DNA from: Catajapyx aquilonaris
Lineage: Eukaryota
Reading direction: 5' to 3'
Assembly: GCA_000934665.2 (NCBI GenBank)
Contig: JYFJ02004410.1
Location: 1 to 32,280 of the forward strand
DNA: 32,280 nt
Of this stretch, positions 12,924 to 24,200 are shown one piece after another. The notes below the pieces were generated by a model. That model was not told the origin of the DNA, did not search any database, and saw only the letters and a list, made by a program, of their open reading frames with translations. A program made the translations under genes and the position numbers. How positions within the stretch are numbered: the first letter of the stretch is position 1; the number at the start of each line of letters is the position of its first letter.

Positions 12924-15900
12924 ATGTCTCTCTCGGACTTTGATGGTCATCATCTCCGCATCAACATCATCTTTTCTGACACTGCACTATTCCCATCGTG
13001 ACCCCGCCCATTATGCCATGCCTGAATCATCGGAATGGCTTTCTCAGTATTAATCGGGGAGGGGGGCTATATGTACTGCGCAATGGCAGGATGTAATTGC
13101 GATGAAGTACTTTCTACCTGTCCGTGTGTCAGGTGTTAACATGCCTAATATCGTAGTATGACGGAATTCAAAATTCGAATCTCGCGGTTGCTAGTTATCA
13201 ATACCGGCATGCTATTGGATGATTATCGAATGCCAATGGATAATGCGCACTTGATGACGTCATTTTGTGCCCTATTGGAAATTGTTTTTTTTTACGTGTT
13301 GTTATGATATATTTCTGTGGATTTATGTTATTGGAACATTAATGACGCAAATGCTAACGGCATTGGATAATATTGCGTTCAAATTCCAATTATGATTTGA
13401 TTAAAAATATTTCCCACTTTTTTTTTCGTGTCCCCATAATTCAGCGAGGGTCACTACTATAAAGGTTTTCCGGCACTGCCAGTCACGAAAATAACCTTCG
13501 ACCTCTGGAAACAACCAATCTTATCAGGGCATCCTACTTTCTTGCCTCTCCCAGGAATTCCTCCTCCAAGAATAACAGCATAGCAATTTTACATCTTATC
13601 AGCGATATTTGATGTTTAGGCATTTTTCCAGCATTTTTCTTGTTGAAATACGACGTCAGTACTTGTGGCTTTACAGATCCAGAACAAAATTATTTAAATT
13701 GTCAGCACTGTTGAGCAGCCACATTTCCTTAAAATGTGTCGTCACAGGGCAAAACCTGAAGGGATCTACAAGTACTTTCACAAAAATCTCTGGGTCCTCT
13801 GAAGAAAAATATCTATGTGTAGCTTACTAAAATGGTGAATTAATTCGCCCCCCCCCCCACCCATCTTTCACTTTCTTAAGCAGTACCCATAATACCAGAA
13901 TTGGCTCACCGAAAAGTCCACATTGCCACGTGACTCAACAAGAGCTGCTATCTAAGTATGATACACAAAATATTGTGTGTTTATGCCTAATTAGTTCATG
14001 ATTATTATGGTGATCATTTGCTCACTGATGGTATGCTTTCGACTGAGGGTTTATCCTGGTCTTACTTCAATAATAATTGTTGGCAGCACTCCACCCCCTG
14101 CAGGTGTAGACATTGATGCTTCCATTACCTAACCCCAGCTGTAATTATATTGCCATCCTTTACATATTTTCAATGTTAACTTCTTTAGTGAACAGGCTGG
14201 CGCCTTCTTGATAACTAATAACAACAAGAATTGAGTGGTGCACCTGCATATTTCCCATCCAACTAGTGAGTCAGTTAAGGAAGATATCAATTGCATGCAT
14301 ATACCGTACAGTAACTGAACTTGTAGACCGACAAAAATGGAACCGATAAATGCTCACATCAAAGTCACAGTCAGGTTACAAATTCCAGTTTCACAAGTTA
14401 TGATGAATCAATCTACAGTATATGATAAGTATATTTTGCTTGGTCAGCAACATGTAAATAAGAGAAATACACCAAACTGCTTCATGACTATTGGTTTCTC
14501 TTACCCAGTGAGTAAGTGCACACAATGAGCACTAACTATAAGTGATTACAGGGAACTTGACTAATAATAACAGTTCCATCTGAAACAAACACCAGTGGTT
14601 CAGAGGTGGTCAATTACTTGACTACTTATACCTCCAAAAACTGAATTTTATTAGGTACTTGTTTCCAATGGACATTTTTTTCACAATAATTTACACTCTT
14701 TCACACATACAATCTACAAGGAAAGGATCTGTACACTCTCTACAACAGGAGTTAGAGACGCGCACCAACATCACTGCAATATTATCTCCATCACTCCACC
14801 TAACTAATAATACTTGTGCAACATAGGAGTCGGCTTGGAGAGGCTCCAGTATCTAATTTTTTTTCACCTTCTTGGAGTGACATCCAAGAAACTTGATGGA
14901 CCATGTAGTATACAGAGTGGCGGTCATGAAACAGGATATGGGAATAAGCCACCTGCCTTGAACTTCCTAGATGACCTACGAACACTGCTCTGGGTCGACC
15001 CTGGCCTTCGGACGGAGGACAAGATAAGCTAGAGGAGCCTTTGACCAACACAATTTGGATATCAATCAATACACAGCATATTCTAGACTTCTCCCCTCCC
15101 AATTTTTCCTCACTCAAACAAAACGGCATTCAAATGTCACAGTGACTGACATGGTTTTAATTCTTGCAATCATATTGGTTGCTAGGAGTGTGATTACACA
15201 ATAACGTAGAAAACAGTTCAGAAAATGCCTTCTGGTATGTTCCTAAAATCCAATTTGCAATAAGGGATCCCTTCTAGGATTGTTTATTTATTCTGTGAAC
15301 TGCCACAATATTTAGTGAAAGTTGTTCCTAATAATGATAGATGAAAATGTGACACTAATTAAAATCCTCCTCATTCTGCATTTCAAATACTGCACTTGCA
15401 TTTGAAATATACAGATTTGCAATTTTCCTAATTCAAATCACCACAACAGGTTCTAGAAAGGTCATTTTAATTTTCTCAGCAGCGGTTCGTGATTTCAGAT
15501 ATTTCGAGTTACTCACTGCTCACTAAAAAGTGACACTAATGAAACTGACACCTTCACAATATTTATTACACGTGTTAAAGCCCCTTCCAAAGAGCAATGC
15601 ACTGCAAAACCATCAGTATGCAGTGTGAAAACATTCTTTTCATTACTTCCCTTTTTAGTAAACAATTTACATCTCTAAAAATCAGTTATCATTCAGCTTG
15701 CCATTAAATCAAAAATTAATTGATGGATCCTAGTGCCTCCTGCAGTGATTTGATGCAGAAAAAATTGCACATTTGTGCACCTCAAATACAGATTTTCACA
15801 ATACCAGAATCCACAGGACATACCTGGGTTCAATATTTTCATCTAAGATTTATATGAAAAGCCGCCTCTAAAAATTATGGCAGCTCATGGCAACAGTGAT

Positions 15901-18900
15901 TCTGGAAAGTATCATTTGTCCAAAGGACTGCTGTCCACTGAGAAACAGTGAACCTAGTATATAGTTTAACAAAAAATGTCAGTTATACAGTATTGAATTC
16001 ACAGACAACTGGATATGCTCATTTGTTGGAACAATTCCCAAGTGGAAAATAAAATTCTCAGGAAGCAGAGTGCCAAATCTAAAATTATTCTGAGAGATCA
16101 ATTTGTACCAAAGAACCTCGACCTCTCGCACACACTCATCCCGACCTCGCAATGTCATATGAAATCACAGTAGTGCACTAGCCAAGCCGATAAAAATTTG
16201 AAATCTTTCTGGCACATTCAAAGACCCAAAAAGAAAAAAGAAACAAATATAGCTTGCAAGTGCTGTGCTAAAGGCCAGGTCACCCTGTCAATTCGATGTC
16301 ACAAGAGCCTCTCAGCTAGACAAATGCACACCTCCCCTTCATAATGGCAGCTTGGGGTGTAAACACAAATAATTAAATCAACTGGGAGATGAGGACAGAG
16401 TGAGTCGGGGCTCTGGGGGTCATCGGGGCGGGGGTCACTGGTTCTATGCTATGTGACGCAAGCTACTGAATCTGGGTGAGGGGAGAAATGTGGCAATGCA
16501 CTGCATCCAGTACATCTGAACTGAGTGAAAATGATTGCCTTACTGATGGACCAGGATATGGTAACAAGTGATTGTTTGCTGCCTACTTTTCACCTTGTTT
16601 TTCTTGGCATATTTACTTCATTAAAAAAAACAGATTCTAAAAATTTTTGGCACTATTTTCTTCAAATTTGCTAACATCATTTCACACGGTATTCATTATT
16701 TGTGTGCATGAGTGTGGGGTCAACCTTCGTCCAGTGTCAGCCACAACTGCCTCTGTAGCTTGGAACCACTCTTGCACATTGCATGACCACTCGAAGAATG
16801 TCAAATAAATAGTGTGAAAATAACATGTCATCTGTTAGGTCGCAGTAGGTATATCTCAGGATGCACAAACAAGTGCCACAAACACAAAACTAGAGCTGCA
16901 CAAAAAAGTAAAGGTGCATTAAAACTACTTAGTTCACTACAAACAAAACAACAAGGACAGGATGAAAATCCTGTCAAAGACACAACCTCAAACAGGGATG
17001 AGAAAGCAACAACAACAAAAAATCTTCGAAGATCATAAATGACTAAAATACGAAGGGCTAAAAAAGCACCACAAAGCAACCCTGAGGAGTCACGCACCAA
17101 ACACAAACAAAGACTACGGTCCCCTCCCGAGAGCTCTGCATGCTAAAATACCCATTCTCTCTCTCCCATTCATTCTCTCCAACTAGGACTGGCAAAGTAT
17201 TTGTACTTGTGTGTATATGAACGTGTATATGTATCTTAATATGTTTGTGCCATTAACCAAGTAGTGGTTGGAACTTGAAAATGAAACTTGTCATCTGCTG
17301 AAAGCTTTGCCAGAGCACACTCACTCTTGAAAAAGCAGACGTATCCCCCCACACACAAAAAAAAATACAAATTTTAGAAAAACCAGCAAACTGAACTAAA
17401 CTGCACTGGTGTGCACTCAGGGAGCACTTGTCACAATTGCAAGAACAAAAAATTAAAGTTACACAACAATAATACATAATTGTTGTCGATTTTTCAATGA
17501 TACTCTCGTCAGCTTCTTCTTTGCAGTGTGCATGGGTGTATTACATGTGATTATGATCCCTCCATTTATACTTTTTTTTTCTTTTTTATTTGGGGTTTTA
17601 CTTTTGTAGTCTGGAGGGCCTTGTCATTCTTCCCCCTCCAAGGCTCCACACATATAAAAAAATAAATAGTTAAAAATCGGTGAGCAAATGTGACTGTGGA
17701 ACGAGCACAGACTGTGCCTACAAGGATAAGTTTTCTTCCTTTTTTTGTATTAGTTACTACTGGGTGTAAAGTGGGAGAGAAGGAGACACTCTCTCATACA
17801 GGATCTGCATGTAAACCATCACATTCTTAATGCTGCCAACTACTGTCCATTTCATGGGGGAATAATATTATTTAAAGCAGGGAGTTAATTCATCACACAT
17901 CCCAAGATCCATCTTAACGGAACCTTACGGGATATAAATGAAGGTGCAGAGAAGATTGAAATCCAATTACCCAGAATTCATCAAAATATATTAACTTTCC
18001 ATCTTTATCATTATGTCTACCGTGTCTTCATAGAATGAAAAAGTAAAATCACAATTATGAATTTCAACCCCAACTTGCATGGGAATCACAATCACAAATT
18101 GCCTGCATCATTTTCAAAAGCAAGCCAAAGTTCACGTTTTTATTGGCATTCGGTTATATTTCACACTCATGCTCTGCACCTCCACATAAATTTCTCCCGT
18201 TGGGCTCATCTCAATACCACATGTTCCAAATTCACATCAGATATCCAAAGAGTAACCTGACATACACATTAATACCATCTGAGACTTCTTGCTTATTTGG
18301 TAACGCGAGATGACCTTGTCAAGTCCTACAGCAATCTCTCCCCACTCCTGCATTTGTCACACTTGAACACTGTGGCATACATATGCACATGTGTCAGGCT
18401 CCTACTCCTAATAATTTGGTGCATAACGTTAGCCAACATCCTTTTCATTGTATGCGCCTACTCACATTCCTTGAAGTAATACCATAAAATACCTGCAGGA
18501 ACAAGCTACTCCACAGGTAATAATTTTGGGTGCTCTTATTCAAAATGGTACCCAATTTCCAAGAGAAACCTACATGCCATTAGTGAATGGTATGAGGATG
18601 TCAATATTATGTGGTTCACTGTCCTGGACTTAGTCTGTATTATAGTATCTCATCATAAAAATCATAAATAAATATTAGGAAACAATCAAATTAATCAGCA
18701 AATCAGTTTCCATATTTAAACTTTGAGCAGCACTTTTTCTATGTCAATAAAAAAGCATCAGCATGAGTAGAACTAATAAAGCTTCACATAAATATCCACT
18801 CTTATTATTTACTGTACATGACAAATATCACAACAGATGCCACAGTCTAACTGATGCCAAGATGCCATTGGAAGAAGGAAAATCTCCAAATAGCAATTTC

Positions 18901-19011
18901 CCCCCAACTGTACCGGGTCCACATACCACAGTATGTTATGATAAATCAGATCATTTCCTAAATAATCAAATTTCATCATAATATCATGTTAGTTCGAGTT
19001 AGAGTTAGTTA

Positions 19012-19175
19012 GAGAACACTAGTAGCCTAGGGGCCTGTTGCACCAAGCACGGTATATGATAAGCCCACGGTTCTTTTGGAAAATCCATACAAATTTGTAT
19101 GGATTTTCCGAAAGAACCGCGGGTTAATCATATACCGCGCTCGGTGCAACAAGCCCATAGGCTACTAGTGTTCTC
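19012..19175. repeat. 164-bp near-perfect palindrome (MITE-like hairpin)
   Basis: gagaacactagtagccta...ggaaaatccatacaaa|tttgtatggattttcc...taggctactagtgttctc. Arms are 82 bp with about 8 mismatches and no spacer; centre at 19093/19094. Confidence 0.92.
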
Positions 19176-20835
19176 CATGGCATTTGTCTGCTACCCAAGG
19201 AACAGAAAAATTAGTACTAACCCAAATGGGTACAAAAGCTATTCACTTGTGGACAGCAAAGCCATTGTATGTCAGACTACATTTGGAACCTGGTTTGCAC
19301 AATCATACAGTGTGTCTCATAATTTCCTTTGGTAAGAGTAATTAGCACAGGACAAGTTTCAGTTGGTAGCCCACCATCCCCTTGACAAAATAATCTTTGG
19401 AGTGCAAAACACTGTGCAATTCGTTGAGCACATCGTCAGCTACCAACTGCTCTGGAACCTACCAGTTAATTGTCTTTGTGCTAAAAACTAGCCATACATG
19501 CACTATCAGACACCATGTACATATGGAGCACTTCCACACAATGCCAAAAATTTCCTTTGCATGTCACTAAAAGCAAACAAGAGTTGTGCTCACAATAACC
19601 ATACTACAAAATATCACACTGTTCCACCAGCCCTAGTAACAGGAGCAAGGAGAGGGCTGGCCATCGTGTAGAAAAAAAAAAACACTCTTCCCATCTCATT
19701 ATCTCAGTACCAAATTCATGAAAAGTGAGAGTCTGGAACAAGTCATGATCACACACTTCATTACGAAATTATGTAATGATGAATAATCATGAACAGTGAT
19801 TTTAGCTGTAACCAACATCATCATGCAGTGCTGACAAAAGGCTGGCAATACTTAGACTTTACTAGATACAAGGTGGTGCCAAAGAGCATTTCCTCTGAGA
19901 CTTTAAATTCTTGCGAATTTCTACAACAAAATTACCATAGTTGATTTAGGTGATTTATGCTTCATTACAAAAATAATATGCATGACAGGAAACTCATGTA
20001 GTGGAGATGTTGGGGAGAAGAGTTCACACCCTTGGCACCACCCTGCATGTGAGCAGCTGAAGGAAAGAATCGATACACAATTAGCCCAACACTTGCCGAC
20101 ATTTCTTTAGGATGGAAGTGATGCAAGGAAGGCACTGTTCCACTTGCTGGGTGGTTTTGTGACTTGAGCACCTTATGTCACCACTGCACAATTGTATCCC
20201 ATCACAGCTGAAACACCTGTACTGTAGATAAAAATTGCATGTGTTCATGTGTCTCAGTAATAAAGTACTAATCATGATTGCCAATCCAATCCTTGCAACT
20301 AAAAACATGAACTGTGGACTGAAACATTTCAGTTACCAAAATGTGACGCACATCTTTCACTTTAGTTCCATGCAAACATACTGTAGGCAAATAAAATAAC
20401 TGGATCTTGTGAAATGTACTCATCGCTAGTCTCAGAAGTAGCTCCCAACTTTAACAACTCTTGCACATCAAAGACATATCCACCTTACTTCCCTCTGGCT
20501 TGTACTCCCACTTTAGAAATACTTGCCCTAGACATAACAACGCTACGCATTATTGCTAACCCCAGGAATGGCAAGACCACAAGCCATGAGCAGCACATGG
20601 CTCAACCTAAAAAATATTACTGGGGATACAGGGCAGATTTAACAGGGAAGGAAATAAAAATATAATGTCTGGTGCCCAGACCCTAAAATCTTTGGTATAT
20701 CTACCCAGCGCAAAAGGGGAAATAAAACCAGGCACACGCTGTAAAGCCTCTTAGTGACAAAAACCTACATACACCTTATGTACAATTGAGAGAAGGATGG
20801 TGTAATGGACAGTAGTGTACAACTGCGTTTTTGTT

Positions 20836-21288
20836 TCAATCAAACACAATAGAGCAGGAGGACGAGTAGCTGCTCCCGACGCTGAACTGAAATGGCACCT
20901 CTAGCGCCAGGCACAACTTGGTCCCTTCATCCCTGACCCCAGTGTCAACACTGCCCTCATCTTGCACACTCACCCTAACCTCTTCACTGGTAACTTCCTG
21001 GCCTGAGGTGGCCACTACACGACGGAAAACAGCAACCCCATGGACTGCAGCTGATGGGAATAGCAGTGGGGCCATGCGCTTCTTCGAGTGCATCACAACG
21101 GGCAGGGGGAGCTGCTGGGGTTGGTGGGGAGAGTGAGGAGAGGAGGAAAGGTGGGGTTGGGATCGGGAGTAAGGGTGATGGAGGTGGTGGTGGTGGTGGT
21201 GGTTGTAGTGATAGTGACTGTGGGAATAAGGAGAACGCTGGGGATGGAAACGGTACTCCAGTGTCAACAACATTAATTCGTCACAGCG
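20836..21288 (-). CDS. Candidate stop-codon readthrough extension of ANKRD13C (150 codons, His/Pro/Ser-rich)
   Basis: TTA TGA CGC TGT GAC GAA TTA ATG...: the 145-aa ORF 20836-21273 in the ORF track is exactly in frame with the ANKRD13C UGA (21289-21291), with no intervening stop. The stop context is UGA-C. Confidence 0.45.
   Translation of the reverse strand, partial: RCDELMLLTLEYRFHPQRSPYSHSHYHYNHHHHHHLHHPYSRSQPHLSSSPHSPHQPQQLPLPVVMHSKKRMAPLLFPSAAVHGVAVFRRVVATSGQEVTSEEVRVSVQDEGSVDTGVRDEGTKLCLALEVPFQFSVGSSYSSSCSIVFD
21183..21203 (+). repeat. (GGT)n microsatellite (poly-His codons CAC on minus strand)
   Basis: ggtggtggtggtggtggtggt seen directly. Confidence 0.85.
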
Positions 21289-24200
21289 TCATAAGTCAGG
21301 AAACCTAGAAGATAACGACAGCCTCATTAATACTCTCTCTTCCAGTTGAAATGCAAGAGAGTGTAATGCTTTTCTTCATGGCAATTTTCATTTGAAGTAC
21401 CCGTTATGGAAACACCCCAACTCCAGGCGCAGAGCATTGGAGTTGGGATGTGTCCATAATGGGTGCTTCATTTAGAATCAGCATCCATGCATCTGAATCC
21501 AACAAGCCCCCCGGTACAATTTCAAACACAGGTACTTTGGTGGCCAATGTCATTCGTTTGTTTTCTACTAACCAGGGCAGGTGTTTAAAATTGGCAAATC
21601 CTAATTGTTTTATATTCAAAATGCATTTTTTAAATGCATAATATAAACTGGAATCCAACATAGTACTTATTTCATAACACATTTATTGCAAGAATCTGCA
21701 CGTAATCCCTGTTCGGAAAATGTGGAAACCCCACCAGCTGCACTAATCTGGTGCACTTCTCTAAACAAGCCTGGAGGTGATTCTGTGTGGAGAAACTAAT
21801 TTGGGAGTAGTGCAGCCCTAGTATTTAACTACTTAAAGCAGACTGTTGAATGGCCTGAGTTCATACTCAAGTGTTGACTCTGAATATGCCCATATTTAAT
21901 TTTATATGCGCAAATGTTTTCCTCTTGAATTAGTTTCCATCATCCCATAATAAATAAGATAACTAATAAGTTCCCAACGAGTGGTACATCATGATGAAAC
22001 TGGTACTGTGCGGGAGAGAAATCAGATCATATCCATATGTCTGATTTCATTGATACGGATGTGAACTGATGACAGTTTTGTGAGGTATAGCCTGTGTTTG
22101 TGCAACCAATTAAACCAATTACAGATGAATGAACTTGGCTGTTGCCAGATAAATAAATTCTGGCATGTTTACCAGTAAATAACCACAGCTTTTAGGTAAT
22201 TTAATTGCCCATGGAACCAGAATACAAAAATATCATAACAAAGTCACTTTGAAAATGTGATAACGTTTCCTAAAAAATGGAAGCATAAACATTACCGGTG
22301 CGGATTCTCCTGATAGTCTTCTGGGATTTCAAAGAGATGTGCTGAGAGATCGTTCCGGAAGCAGAACTCCTGGAATGTGATCTTAGCTGTGACAGTGGGC
22401 AGGATGGGTATGTCGATCTTTACAGGGAATCCGGGTGGCAGCTTCATCTGTACAAACTCCCGCAGCTTCTTGAAATGTTTGAATGGGGCGATCACTTCCA
22501 AGACATTCAGCAAGGTGTCCACTGATAAGGGGAAATCCTGGCTCTACAAAGAGAGGAAAAGAAATTAATGTTGTAGATAAAAAATTCCAAACTGTGCAGT
22601 ATTCCCAATTTTGTTATTCTTGCTAAAACCATCAACACATTCTTCTTCACAGTTACTTTTCTTGTGCATAGCGTCATCACATATTTACCACCCCCCCCCC
22701 CCCCTTCTCCTTGCATTGAATAACTCGCACATCTATCAATTCAGTATTAAAATGAAATTACTTATCTGAAATTCAGATAAGGGGCACTTACCATGGCAAC
22801 AGTGGCCTTGAATGCCTTGGAGCTCTCTTTACATATGAGCGGTCTCCCTAGACATGGCCAGCACCCTGCCTCTGCCTTGATGTACTCTTCCCATGTGACC
22901 TTCGAGGTTGCAGGTGGAGAAAGGCTTTGCCTCCTGAGCGTCTGTGCCATCTCCCCATTTAGGTCAAAACTGGTAGATGACCCCTTGGTGAGGCTCTCCA
23001 TCATGGCTTTGTTCTTCTGAAGGTCTTCCTCAGTCAAGTGTTCCCTCCTCTTTCGGCTCTCAAGAACAATCCCATTAAGAACATAAAACTCAGCAGGAAA
23101 CGAGCCTACCATCTCCTTTCGATCCTCTCTAAAGAACCACCCAGTCTGTGCGCGAGTAAAGGTGATGGATTTTGTAGACATCTGCGCAGCCACTATGTCA
23201 GTGCTCATCAGTAGGTCAACCTCATCCTCCACCTCCACCTCAGTTTCTTCATAGCGCACCCTTTGGAACACTCTCTGGCGGTTGTCAAGCACCACCAGGT
23301 TTTGACTGGGCTTGGCATCCCCCTTGAAGAGGAAGCTGATGTCCCCACGCTCCCACCGCATGTCGTTGAAGTCCACTAAGGTTGTGTCCAGGCGAATGGA
23401 GCTGCCCTGCTTGTAGATCTTGCAGATGTCAGATGGGAGTATGCGAGACACCAGAGGCACTGAGCAAAGAAAAAAATCAATTATGCTAAGTCCTTCAATA
23501 TCCTAAATTTAATTTTCAGTGTCACATTCCACTTCTCCCATTCACTACAATAGTTAGCAGTGAATAAACTCATCATCTGGGGAAGGCGCAGTGGCCGAGA
23601 TGATAACGTCTCGGCTTGCTGAGCGGAAGGTCCCGGGTTCGATCCCCACCCGGGATTTCCCTTCCACCTGCGTCAGTGGGTCTCTGACCGCGCCTAAGAA
23701 GGAGTCTTGGCAACCTAGCCTTCTGGGGGACTGCGCATGACCCATTTCTGACATTGCACTTGCATCTGTGTCCCCTCCTCAAAAATCCCTATCCTTACAC
23801 CATGTCCTTTCATCCTTGCACTGGAGTCAGAAGAAAAATTAGAAAATTGCAGGAAAATGGTGGTATTCCACGCCCCTATAAGGGCCTACGGCCCTATCAC
23901 GGGCTAACGTAATAAATAAATAAATAAATAAACTCATTATCTCACCTCATGATAAGTGCATACTTGAGAGAAACTGCTTTCGGGTAAGTATTCTTTTGTG
24001 ACAATTGCATCCCACTTGTGTCCTCCCATTATCTAAGCTACGTCAGGCAGCTGTTGCACTCACAATTATTTTCTTACACAATACTCATCAACTCTCTTCT
24101 AAAGTATCCCTTATTATGTCACCTTGTTACTCCAGCAGCATTCCTGTCCAATAGAAATTGCTGAACCACTTTTAAAGATACAACCACGAGAAGCAAGCTA

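Noticed and set aside
13890..13904. 15-bp exact match taataccagaattgg also at 30061-30075
   Set aside because: The flanks do not extend the match; compatible with chance or an unresolvable old repeat fragment.
23579..23660. tRNA gene
   Set aside because: It continues into a non-tRNA body with a tail and TSD, so it is the head of a SINE.
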